A program made the position numbers and the translations under genes. From the NCBI GenBank assembly GCA_964016885.1, contig CAXHJY010001472.1, forward strand, positions 558,001 to 622,000: a DNA stretch of 64,000 nucleotides. The letters are read 5' to 3'. The stretch's first letter is position 1. Every line of letters begins with the position of its first letter. The notes under the pieces were generated by a model. It was given only the letters and a program-made list of their open reading frames with translations. It did no database searches and was not told the DNA's origin. This stretch comes from Eledone cirrhosa. Lineage: Eukaryota. Shown here one piece after another: positions 10,852-24,439 of this stretch.

Positions 10852-13800
10852 TTGGACGGCTGCAAATTATCTCCCCTTGATTTTTTTTACAAATTATCTC
10901 CCCCTGATTTTTTTTTTCAAATTATCTCCCCCTGATTTTTTTTTTACAAATCTCCGCCTGATTTTTAAAAAAAATTATCTCCCCTTGGACGGCTGGAAAT
11001 TATCTCCCCTTGGACGGCTGGAAATTATCTTCCCTTGGACGGCTAGAAATTACCTCTCCTTGGACGGCTGAAAATTATCTCCCCTTGGACGGCTGGAAAT
11101 TATCTCCCCTTGATTTTTTTACAAATTATCTGCCCCTGATTTTTTTTTTACAAATTATCTCCCCCTGATTTTTTTAAAAATGATCTCCCCTTGGACGGCT
11201 GGAAATGATCTCCCCTTGGCTGGTTGGAAATTATCTCCCCTTGGACCGCTAGAAATAATCTCTCCTTGGACGGCTGGAAATTATCTCCCCTTGATTTTTT
11301 TTACAAATCTCCCCCTAATTTAAAAAAAAATTATCTCCCCATCGCTGGCTGGAAATTATCTCCCTTTGGACGGCTGGAAATTATAGCCCCTTGTAGGGCT
11401 GGAAATTATCTCCCCTTGGACGGCTGGAAATTATCTCCCCTTGATTTTCTTTACAAATTATCTCCCCCTGACTTTTTTAAAAATGATCTCCCCTTGGACG
11501 GCTGGAAATGATCTCCCCTTGGCTGGTTGGAAATTTTCTCCCCTTGGACCGCTAGAAATTATCTCTCCTTGGACGGCTGGAAATTATCTCCCCATGATTT
11601 TTTTACAAATTATCTCCCCCTGATTTTTTTTACAAATCTCCCAGTGATTTTTTAAAAAAATTATCTCCCCTTCGCTGGCTGGAAATTATCTCCCCTTGGA
11701 CGCTGGAAATTATAGCCCCTTGGAGGGCTGGAAATTATCTTCCCTTGGACGGCTGGAAATTATCTCCCCTTGATTTTTTTTACAAATTATCTCCCCCTGA
11801 TTTTTTTTTACAAATTATCTCCCCCTGATTTTTTTTACAAATTATCTCCCCCTGATTTTTTTTAACAAATTATCTCCCCTTGGACGGCTGGAAATTATCT
11901 CCCCTTGGACGGCTGGAAATTATCTCCCCTTGGACGGCTAGAAATTACCTCTCCTTGGACAGCTGAAAATTATCTCCCCTTGGACGGCTGCAAATTATCT
12001 CCCCTTGATTTTTTTTACAAATTATCTCCCCTTGATTTTTTTTTACAAATTATCTCCCCCTGATTTTTTTTACAAATTATCTCCCCCTGATTTTTTTTTA
12101 CAAATTATCTCCCCCTGATTTTTTTTACAAAATATCTCCCCCTGATTTTTTTTACAAATTATCTCCCCCTGATTTTTTTTACAATCTCCGCCTGATTTTT
12201 TTAAAAATTATCTTGCCTTGGCTGGCTGGAAATTATCTCCCCTTGGACGGCTGGAAATTATCTCCCCTTGGAAGGATGGAAATTATCTCCCCTTGGACGG
12301 CTGGAAATTATCTCCCCTTGCACGGCTGGAAATTATCTCCCCTTGGACAGCTGGAAATTATCTGCCCTTGATTTTGTTTTTACAAATTATGTTCCCCTGA
12401 TTTTTTTTACAAATTATCTCCACCTGATTTTTTAAAAAATTATCTCCCCTTGGACGGCTGGAAATTATCTCCCCTTGGTTGGAAATTATCTCCCCTTGGA
12501 CGGCTAGAAATTATCTCTGTTTGGACGGCTGGAAATTATCTCCCTTTGATTTTTTTAACAAATTATCTCCCTCTGATTTTTTTTACAAATCTCCCCCTGA
12601 TTTTTTTAAAAAAATTATCTCCCCTTCGCTGGCTGGAAATTATCTCCCCTTGGACACTGGAAATTATAGCCCCCTGGAGGGCTGGAAATTATCTTCCCTT
12701 GGACGGCTGGAAATTATCTCCCCTTGATTTTTTTTACAAATTATCTCCCCCTGATTTTTTTTTTACAAATTATCTCCCCCTGATTTTTTTACAAATTATC
12801 TCCCCCTGATTTTTTTACAAATTATCTCCGCCTGATTTTTTTAAAAATTATCTTCCCTTGGCTGGCGGGAAATTATCTCCCCTTGGACGGCTGGAAATTA
12901 TCTCCCCTTGGAAGGATGGAAATTATCTCCCCTTGGACAGCTGGAAATTATCTCCCCTTGGACGGCTGAAAATTATCTCCCCTTGATTTTTTTTTTACAA
13001 ATTATCTCCCCCTGATTTTTTTTTACAAATTATCTCCCCCTGATTTTTTTTTACAAATTATCTCTCCCTGATTTTTTTTTACAAATATCTCCCCTTGGCT
13101 GGCTGGAAATTATCTCCCCTTGGACGGTTGGAAATTATCTCCCCTTGGACGGCTGGAAATTATCTCCCCTTGGACGGCTGGAAATTATCTCCTCTTGGAC
13201 GGCTGGAAATTATCTCCCCTTGGACGGCTGGAAATTATCTGCCCTTGATTTTTTTTTACAAATTATCTCCCCCTGATTTTTTTAAAAATGATCTCCCCTT
13301 GGACGGCTGGAAATGATCTCCCCTTGGCTGGTTGGAAATTATCTCCCCTTGGACCGCTAGAAATTATCTCTCCTTGGACGGCTGGAAATTATCTCCCCTT
13401 GATTTTTTTACAAATTATCTCGTCCTGATTTTTTTTACAAATCTCCCAGTGATTTTTAAAAAAAAATTATCTCCCCTTCGCTGGCTGGAAATTATCTCAC
13501 CTTGGACGCTGGAAATTATAGCCCCTTGGAGGGCTGGAAATTATCTCCCCTTGATTTTTTTTACAAATTATCTCCCCCTGATTTTTTTTTACAAATTATC
13601 TCCCCCGGATTTTTTTTTATAAATTATCTCCCCCTGATTTTTTTTAACAAATTATCTCCGCCTGATTTTTAAAAAAAAATTATCTCCCCTTAGACGGCTG
13701 GAAATTATCTCCCCTTGGACGGCTGGAAATTATCTCCCCTTGGACGGCTAGAAATTGGACGGCTGAAAATTATCTCCCCTTGGACGGCTGCAAATTATCT

Positions 13801-16800
13801 CCCCTTGATTTTTTTTACAAATTATCTCCCCCTGATTTTTTTTTACAAATTATCTCCCCCTGATTTTTTTTTACAAATTATCTCCCCCTGATTTTTTTTT
13901 ACAAATTATCTACCCCTGATTTTTTTTTACAAATTATCTCCCCCTGATTTTTTTTTACAAATTATCTCCCCCTGATTTTTTTTTACAAATTATCTCCCCC
14001 TGATTTTTTTTTTACAAATTATCTCCCCCTGATTTTTTTACAAATTATCTCCCCCTGATTTTTTTTACAATCTCCGCCTGATTTTTTAAAAAATGATCTC
14101 CCCTTGGACGGCTGGAAATGATCTCCCCTTGGCTGGTTGGAAATTATCTCCCCTTGGACCGCTAGAAATTATCTCTCCTTGGACGGCTGGAAATTATCTC
14201 CCCTTGATTTTTTTACAAATTATCTCCCCCTGATTTTTTTTACAAATCTCCCAGTGATTTTTTAAAAAAAATTATCTCCCCTTCGCTGGCTGGAAATTAT
14301 CTCCCCTTGGACGGCTGGAAATTATCTCCCCTTGATTTTTTTTACAAATTATCTCCCCCTGATTTTTTTTTACAAATTATCTCCGCCTGATTTTTAAAAA
14401 AAAATTATCTCACCTTGGACGGCTGGAATTATCTCCCCTTGGACGGCTGGAAATTATCTCCCCTTGGACGGCTAGAAATTACCTCTCCTTGGACGGCTGA
14501 AAATTATCTCCCCTTGGACGGCTGCAAATTATCTCCCCTTGATTTTTTTTACAAATTATCTCCCCCTGATTTTTTTTTACAAATTATCTACCCCTGATTT
14601 TTTTTACAAATTATCTCCCCCTGATTTTTTTTTACAAATTATCTCCCTCTGATTTTTTTTTACAAATTATCTCCCCCTGATTTTTTTACAAATTATCTCC
14701 CCCTGATTTTTTTTACAATCTCCGCCTGATTTTTTAAAAAATAATCTTCCCTTGGCTGGCGGGAAATTATCTCCCCTTGGACGGCTGGAAATTATCTCCC
14801 CTTGGAAGGATAGAAATTATCTCCCCTTGGACGGCTGGAAATTATCTCCCCTTGCACGGCTGGAAATTATCTCCCCTTGGACAGCTGGAAATTATCTGCC
14901 CTTGATTTTGTTTTTACAAATTATCTCCCCCTGATTTTTTTTACAAATTATCTCCACCTGATTTTTAAAAAAATTATCTCCCCTTGGACGGCTGGAAATT
15001 ATCTCCCCTTGGCTGGAAATTATCTCCCCTTGGACGGCTAGAAATTATCTCTCTTTGGACGGCTGGAAATTATCTCCCTTTGATTTTTTTTACAAATTAT
15101 CTCCCTCTGATTTTTTTTACAAATCTCCCCCTGATTTTTAAAAAAAAATTATCTCCCCTTCGCTGGCTGGAAATTATCTCCCCTTGGACACTGGAAATTA
15201 TAGCCCCTTGGAGGGCTGGAAATTATCTTCCCTTGGACGGCTGGAAATTATCTCCCCTTGATTTTTTTTACAAATTATCTCCCCCTGATATTTTTTTTAC
15301 AAATTATCTCCCCCTGATTTTTTTACAAATTATCTCCCCCTGATTTTTTTTACAAATTATCTCCGCCTGATTTTTTTAAATATTATCTTCCCTTGGCTGG
15401 CGGGAAATTATCTCCCCTTGGACGGTTGGAAATTATCTCCCCTTGCACTGCTGGAAATTATCTCCCCTTGGACGGCTGGAAATTATCTCCCCTTGCACGG
15501 CTGGAAATTATCATCCCCTTGGACGGCTGAAAATTATCTCCCCTTGATTTTTTTTTACAAATTATCTGCCCCTGATTTTTTTTTACAAATTATCTCCCCC
15601 TGATTTTTTTTTACAAATTATCTCCGCCTGATTTTTAAAAAAAAATTATCTCCCCTTAGACGGCTGGAAATTATCTCCCCTTGGACGGCTGGAAATTATC
15701 TCCCCTTGGACGGCTAGAAATTGGACGGCTGAAAATTATATCCCCTTGGACGGCTGCAAATTATCTCCCCTTGATTTTTTTTACAAATTATCTCCCCCTG
15801 ATTTTTTTTTACAAATTATCTCCCCCTGATTTTTTTTTTACAAATTATCTCCCCCTGATTTTTTTACAAATTATCTCCCCCTGATTTTTATTACAATCTC
15901 CGCCTGATTTTTTAAAAAATTATCTTCCCTTGGCTGGCGGGAAATTATCTTCCCTTGGACGGCTGGAAATTATCTCCCCTTGGCTGGAAATTATCTCCCC
16001 TTGGACACTGGAAATTATAGCCCCTTGGAGGGCTGGAAATTATCTTCCCTTGGACGGCTGGAAATTATCTCCCCTTGATTTTTTTACAAATTATCTGCCC
16101 CTGATTTTTTTTTACAAATTATCTCCCCCTGATTTTTTTTTACAAATTATCTACCCCTGATTTTTTTTACAAATTATCTCCCCCTGATTTTTTTTTTACA
16201 AATTATCTCCCCCTGATTTTTTTAAAAATGATCTCCCCTTGGACGGCTGGAAATGATCTCCCCTTGGCTGGTTGGAAATTATCTCCCCTTGGACCGCTAG
16301 AAATTATCTCTCCTTGGACGGCTGGAAATTATTTCCCCTTGATTTTTTTTACAAATCTCCCCCTAATTTAAAAAAAAATTATCTCCCCTTCGCTGGCTGG
16401 AAATTATCTCCCTTTGGACGGCTGGAAATTATAGCCCCTTGTAGGGCTGGAAATTATCTCCCCTTGGACGGCTGGAAATTATCTCCCCTTGATTTTTTTT
16501 ACAAATTATCTCCCCCTGATTTTTTTAAAAATGATCTCCCCTTGGACGGCTGGAAATGATCTCCCCTTGGCTGGTTGGAAATTATCTCCCCTTGGACCGC
16601 TAGAAATTATCTCTCCTTGGATGGCTGGAAATTATCTCCCCTTGATTTTTCTACAAATTATCTCCCCCTGATTTTTTTTACAAATCTCCCAGTGATTTTT
16701 AAAAAAAATTTTCTCCCCTTCGCTGGCTGGAAATTATCTCCCCTTGGACGCTGGAAATTATAGCCCCTTGGAAGGCTGGAAATTATCTTCCCTTGGACGG

Positions 16801-19390
16801 CTGGAAATTATCTCCCCTTGATTTTTTTTTACAAATTATCTCCCCCTGATTTTTTTTTTACAAATTATCTCCCCCTGATTTTTTTTAACAAATTATCTCC
16901 GCCTGATTTTTTTAAAAAAATTATCTCCCCTTGGACGGCTGGAAATTATCTCCCCTTGGACGGCTGGAAATTATCTCCCCTTGGACGGCTAGAAATTACC
17001 TCTCCTTGGACGGCTGAAAATTATCTCCCCTTGGACGGCTGCAAATTATCTCCCCTTGATTTTTTTTACAAATTATCTCCCCTTGATTTTTTTTTATAAA
17101 TTATCTCCCCCTGATTTTTTTTACAAATTATCTTCCCTTGGACGGCTGGAAATTATCTCCCCTTGGAAGGATGGAAATTATCTCCCCTTGGACGGCTGGA
17201 AATTATCTCCCCTTGCACGGCTGGAAATTATCTCCCCTTGGACAGCTGGAAATTATCTGCCCTTGATTTTTTTTTACAAATTATCTCCCCCTGATTTTTT
17301 TTTACAAATTATCTCCCCCTGATTTTTTTTTTACAAATTATCTCCGCCTGATTTTTTTTTAAAATTATCTCCCCTTGGACGGCTGGAAATTATCTCCCCT
17401 TGGACGGCTGGAAATTATCTTCCCTTGGACGGCTAGAAATTACCTCTCCTTGGACGGCTGAAAATTATCTCCCCTTGGACGGCTGGAAATTATCTCCCCT
17501 TGATTTTTTTACAAATTATCTGCCCCTGATTTTTTTTTACAAATTATCTCCCCCTGATTTTTTTTTACAAATTATCTCCCCCTGATTTTTTTTTACTAAT
17601 TATCTCCCCCTGATTTTTTTTTTACAAATTATCTCCCCCTGATTTTTTTACAAATTATCTCCCCCTGATTTTTTTTACAATCTCCGCCTGATTTTTTAAA
17701 AAATTATCTTCCCTTGGCTGGCGGGAAATTATCTCCCCTTGGACGGCTGGAAATTATCTCCCCTTGGCTGGAAATTATCTCCCCTTGGACACTGGAAATT
17801 ATAGCCCCTTGGAGGGCTGGAAATTATCTTCCCTTGGACGGCTGGAAATTATCTCCCCTTGATTTTTTTACAAATTATCTGCCCCTGATTTTTTTTTTAC
17901 AAATTATCTCCCCCTGATTTTTTTTTACAAATTATCTACCCCTGATTTTTTTTACATATTATCTCCCCCTGATTTTTTTTTTACAAATTATCTCCCCCTG
18001 ATTTTTTTAAAAATGATCTCCCCTTGGACGGCTGGAAATGATCTCCCCTTGGCTGGTTGGAAATTATCTCCCCTTGGACCGCTAGAAATTATCTCTCCTT
18101 GGACGGCTGGAAATTATTTCCCCTTGATTTTTTTTACAAATCTCCCCCTAATTTAAAAAAAAATTATCTCCCCTTCGCTGGCTGGAAATTATCTCCCTTT
18201 GGACGGCTGGAAATTATAGCCCCTTGTAGGGCTGGAAATTATCTCCCCTTGGACGGCTGGAAATTATCTCCCCTTGATTTTTTTTACAAATTATCTCCCC
18301 CTGATTTTTTTAAAAATGATCTCCCCTTGGACGGCTGGAAATGATCTCCCCTTGGCTGGTTGGAAATTATCTCCCCTTGGACCGCTAGAAATTATCTCTC
18401 CTTGGATGGCTGGAAATTATCTCCCCTTGATTTTTTTACAAATTATCTCCCCCTGATTTTTTTTACAAATCTCCCAGTGATTTTTAAAAAAAATTTTCTC
18501 CCCTTCGCTGGCTGGAAATTATCTCCCCTTGGACGCTGGAAATTATAGCCCCTTGGAAGGCTGGAAATTATCTTCCCTTGGACGGCTGGAAATTATCTCC
18601 CCTTGATTTTTTTTTACAAATTATCTCCCCCTGATTTTTTTTTTACAAATTATCTCCCCCTGATTTTTTTTAACAAATTATCTCCGCCTGATTTTTTTAA
18701 AAAAATTATCTCCCCTTGGACGGCTGGAAATTATCTCCCCTTGGACGGCTGGAAATTATCTCCCCTTGGACGGCTAGAAATTACCTCTCCTTGGACGGCT
18801 GAAAATTATCTCCCCTTGGACGGCTGCAAATTATCTCCCCTTGATTTTTTTTACAAATTATCTCCCCTTGATTTTTTTTTACAAATTATCTCCCCCTGAT
18901 TTTTTTTACAAATTATCTTCCCTTGGACGGCTGGAAATTATCTCCCATTGGAAGGATGGAAATTATCTCCCCTTGGACGGCTGGAAATTATCTCCCCTTG
19001 CACGGCTGGAAATTATCTCCCCTTGGACAGCTGGAAATTATCTGCCCTTGATTTTGTTTTTACAAATTATCTCCCCCTGATTTTTTTTACAAATTATCTC
19101 CACCTGATTTTTAAAAAAATTATCTCCCCTTGGACGGCTGGAAATTATCTCCCCTTGGCTGGAAATTATCTCCCCTTGGACGGCTAGAAATTATCTCTCT
19201 TTGGACGGCTGGAAATTATCTCCCTTTGATTTTTTTAACAAATTATCTCCCTCTGATTTTTTTTACAAATCTCCCCCTGATTTTTTTAAAAAAATTATCT
19301 CCCCTTCGCTGGCTGGAAATTATCTCCCCTTGGACACTGGAAATTATAGCCCCCTGGAGGGCTGGAAATTATCTTCCCTTGGACGGCTGG
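10852..19390 (+). repeat. Near-identical copy of 1-8614 (~10.8 kb offset)
   Basis: Offsets are 10850-10851 (26->10877 through 2482->13332), then 10774-10777 (3638->14415 through 8356->19130). Shared rare variants include CCCATGATTT, TTATGTTCCC, CTCTGTTTGG and CTCGTCCTG. Confidence 0.93.
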
Positions 19391-22300
19391 AAATTATCTC
19401 CCCTTGATTTTTTTTACAAATTATCTCCCCCTGATTTTTTTTTACAAATTATCTCCCCCTGATATTTTTTTTACAAATTATCTCCGCCTGATTTTTTTAA
19501 AAAAATTATCTCCCCTTGGACTGCTGGAAATTATCTCCCCTTGGACGGCTGGAAATTATCTCCCCTTGGACGGCTAGAAATTACCTCTCCTTGGACGGCT
19601 GAAAATTATCTCCCCTTGGACGGCTGCAAATTATCTCCCCTTGATTTTTATTACAAATTATCTCCCCTTGATTTTTTTTTATAAATTATCTCCCCCTGAT
19701 TTTTTTTACAAATTATCTTCCCTTGGACGGCTGGAAATTATCTCCCCTTGGAAGGATGGAAATTATCTCCCCTTGGACGGCTGGAAATTATCTCCCCTTG
19801 CACGGCTGGAAATTATCTCCCCTTGGACAGCTGGAAATTATCTGCCCTTGATTTTTTTTTACAAATTATCTCCCCCTGATTTTTTTTTACAAATTATCTC
19901 CCCCTGATTTTTTTTTTACAAATTATCTCCGCCTGATTTTTTTTTAAAATTATCTCCCCTTGGACGGCTGGAAATTATCTCCCCTTGGACGGCTGGAAAT
20001 TATCTTCCCTTGGACGGCTAGAAATTACCTCTCCTTGGACGGCTGAAAATTATCTCCCCTTGGACGGCTGGAAATTATCTCCCCTTGATTTTTTTACAAA
20101 TTATCTGCCCCTGATTTTTTTTTACAAATTATCTCCCCCTGATTTTTTTTTACAAATTATCTCCCCCTGATTTTTTTTTACTAATTATCTCCCCCTGATT
20201 TTTTTTTTACAAATTATCTCCCCCTGATTTTTTTACAAATTATCTCCCCCTGATTTTTTTTACAATCTCCGCCTGATTTTTTAAAAAATTATCTTCCCTT
20301 GGCTGGCGGGAAATTATCTCCCCTTGGACGGTTGGAAATTATCTCCCCTTGGCTGGAAATTATCTCCCCTTGGACACTGGAAATTATAGCCCCTTGGAGG
20401 GCTGGAAATTATCTTCCCTTGGACGGCTGGAAATTATCTCCCCTTGATTTTTTTACAAATTATCTGCCCCTGATTTTTTTTTTACAAATTATCTCCCCCT
20501 GATTTTTTTTTACAAATTATCTACCCCTGATTTTTTTTTTACAAATTATCTCCCCCTGATTTTTTTAAAAATGATCTCCCCTTGGACGGCTGGAAATGAT
20601 CTCCCCTTGGCTGGTTGGAAATTATCTCCCCTTGGACCGCTAGAAATTATCTCTCCTTGGACGGCTGGAAATTATTTCCCCTTGATTTTTTTTACAAATC
20701 TCCCCCTAATTTAAAAAAAAATTATCTCCCCTTCGCTGGCTGGAAATTATCTCCCTTTGGACGGCTGGAAATTATAGCCCCTTGTAGGGCTGGAAATTAT
20801 CTCCCCTTGGACGGCTGGAAATTATCTCCCCTTGATTTTTTTTACAAATTATCTCCCCCTGATTTTTTTAAAAATGATCTCCCCTTGGACGGCTGGAAAT
20901 GATCTCCCCTTGGCTGGTTGGAAATTATCTCCCCTTGGACCGCTAGAAATTATCTCTCCTTGGATGGCTGGAAATTATCTCCCCTTGATTTTTTTACAAA
21001 TTATCTCCCCCTGATTTTTTTTACAAATTATCTCCGCCTGATTTTTTTAAAAAAATTATCTCCCCTTGGACGGCTGGAAATTATCTCCCCTTGGACGGCT
21101 GGAAATTATCTCCCCTTGGACGGCTAGAAATTACCTCTCCTTGGACGGCTGAAAATTATCTCCCCTTGGACGGCTGCAAATTATCTCCCCTTGATTTTTT
21201 TTACAAATTATCTCCCCTTGATTTTTTTTTACAAATTATCTCCCCCTGATTTTTTTTACAAATTATCTTCCCTTGGACGGCTGGAAATTATCTCCGCTTG
21301 GAAGGATGGAAATTATCTCCCCTTGGACGGCTGGAAATTATCTCCCCTTGCACGGCTGGAAATTATCTCCCCTTGGACAGCTGGAAATTATCTGCCCTTG
21401 ATTTTGTTTTTACAAATTATCTCCCCCTGATTTTTTTTACAAATTATCTCCACCTGATTTTTTTAAAAATTATCTCCCCTTGGACGGCTGGAAATTATCT
21501 CCCCTTGGCTGGAAATTATCTCCCCTTGGACGGCTAGAAATTATCTCTCTTTGGACGGCTGGAAATTATCTCCCTTTGATTTTTTAACAAATTATCTCCC
21601 TCTGATTTTTTTTACAAATCTCCCCCTGATTTTTTTACAAATTATCTCCCCCTGATTTTTTTTACAATCTCCGCCTGATTTTTTAAAAAATTATCTTCCC
21701 TTGGCTGGCGGGAAATTATCTCCCCTTGGACGGCTGGAAATTTTCTCCCCTTGGCTGGAAATTATCTCCCCTTGGACACTGGAAATTATAGCCCCTTGGA
21801 GGGCTGGAAATTATCTTCCCTTGGACGGCTGGAAATTATCTCCCCTTGATTTTTTTACAAATTATCTGCCCCTGATTTTTTTTTACAAATTATCTCCCCC
21901 TGATTTTTTTTTACAAATTATCTACCCCTGATTTTTTTTACAAATTATCTCCCCCTGATTTTTTTTTTACAAATTATCTCCCCCTGATTTTTTTAAAAAT
22001 GATCTCCCCTTGGACGGCTGGAAATGATCTCCCCTTGGCTGGTTGGAAATTATCTCCCCTTGGACCGCTAGAAATTATCTCTCCTTGGACGGCTGGAAAT
22101 TATTTCCCCTTGATTTTTTTTACAAATCTCCCCCTAATTTAAAAAAAAATTATCTCCCCTTCGCTGGCTGGAAATTATCTCCCTTTGGACGGCTGGAAAT
22201 TATAGCCCCTTGTAGGGCTGGAAATTATCTCCCCTTGGACGGCTGGAAATTATCTCCCCTTGATTTTTTTTACAAAATATCTCCCCCTGATTTTTTTAAA

Positions 22301-24439
22301 AATGATCTCCCCTTGGACGGCTGGAAATGATCTCCCCTTGGCTGGTTGGAAATTATCTCCCCTTGGACCGCTAGAAATTATCTCTCCTTGGATGGCTGGA
22401 AATTATCTCCCCTTGATTTTTCTACAAATTATCTCCCCCTGATTTTTTTTACAAATCTCCCAGTGATTTTTAAAAAAAATTTTCTCCCCTTCGCTGGCTG
22501 GAAATTATCTCCCCTTGGACGCTGGAAATTATAGCCCCTTGGAAGGCTGGAAATTATCTTCCCATGGACGGCTGGAAATTATCTCCCCTTGATTTTTTTT
22601 TACAAATTATCTCCCCCTGATTTTTTTTTTACAAATTATCTCCCCCTGATTTTTTTTAACAAATTATCTCCGCCTGATTTTTTTAAAAAAATTATCTCCC
22701 CTTGGACGGCTGGAAATTATCTCCCCTTGGACGGCTGGAAATTATCTCCCCTTGGACGGCTAGAAATTACCTCTCCTTGGACGGCTGAAAATTATCTCCC
22801 CTTGGACGGCTGCAAATTATCTCCCCTTGATTTTTTTTACAAATTATCTCCCCTTGATTTTTTTTTATAAATTATCTCCCCCTGATTTTTTTTACAAATT
22901 ATCTTCCCTTGGACGGCTGGAAATTATCTCCCCTTGGAAGGATGGAAATTATCTCCCCTTGGACGGCTGGAAATTATCTCCCCTTGCACGGCTGGAAATT
23001 ATCTCCCCTTGGACAGCTGGAAATTATCTGCCCTTGATTTTTTTTTTACAAATTATCTCCCCCTGATTTTTTTTTACAAATTATCTCCCCCTGATTTTTT
23101 TTTTACAAATTATCTCCGCCTGATTTTTTTTTAAAATTATCTCCCCTTGGACGGCTGGAAATTATCTCCCCTTGGACGGCTGGAAATTATCTTCCCTTGG
23201 ACGGCTAGAAGTTACCTCTCCTTGGACGGCTGAAAATTATCTCCCCTTGGACGGCTGGAAATTATCTCCCCTTGATTTTTTTACAAATTATCTGCCCCTG
23301 ATTTTTTTTTACAAATTATCTCCCCCTGATTTTTTTTTACAAATTATCTCCCCCTGATTTTTTTTTACAAATTATCTCCCCCTGATTTTTTTTTTACAAA
23401 TTATCTCCCCCTGATTTTTTTACAAATTATCTCCCCCTGATTTTTTTTACAATCTCCGCCTGATTTTTTAAAAAATTATCTTCCCTTGGCTGGCGGGAAA
23501 TTATCTCCCCTTGGACGGCTGGAAATTATCTCCCCTTGGCTGGAAATTATCTCCCCTTGGACACTGGAAATTATAGCCCCTTGGAGGGCTGGAAATTATC
23601 TTCCCTTGGACGGCTGGAAATTATCTCCCCTTGATTTTTTTACAAATTATCTGCCCCTGATTTTTTTTTACAAATTATCTCCCCCTGATTTTTTTTTACA
23701 AATTATCTACCCCTGATTTTTTTTACAAATTATCTCCCCCTGATTTTTTTTTTACAAATTATCTCCCCCTGATTTTTTTAAAAATGATCTCCCCTTGGAC
23801 GGCTGGAAATGATCTCCCCTTGGCTGGTTGGAAATTATCTCCCCTTGGACCGCTAGAAATTATCTCTCCTTGGACGGCTGGAAATTATTTCCCCTTGATT
23901 TTTTTTACAAATCTCCCCTTAATTTAAAAAAAAATTATCTCCCCTTCGCTGGCTGGAAATTATCTCCCTTTGGACGGCTGGAAATTATAGCCCCTTGTAG
24001 GGCTGGAAATTATCTCCCCTTGGACGGCTGGAAATTATCTCCCCTTGATTTTTTTTACAAATTATCTCCCCCTGATTTTTTTAAAAATGATCTCCCCTTG
24101 GACGGCTGGAAATGATCTCCCCTTGGCTGGATGGAAATTATCTCCCCTTGGACCGCTAGAAATTATCTCTCCTTGGATGGCTGGAAATTATCTCCCCTTG
24201 ATTTTTTTACAAATTATCTCCCCCTGATTTTTTTTACAAATCTCCCAGTGATTTTTAAAAAAAATTTTCTCCCCTTCGCTGGCTGGAAATTATCTCCCCT
24301 TGGACGCTGGAAATTATAGCCCCTTGGAAGGCTGGAAATTATCTTCCCTTGGACGGCTGGAAATTATCTCCCCTTGATTTTTTTTTACAAATTATCTCCC
24401 CCTGATTTTTTTTTTTACAAATTATCTCCCCCTGATTTT

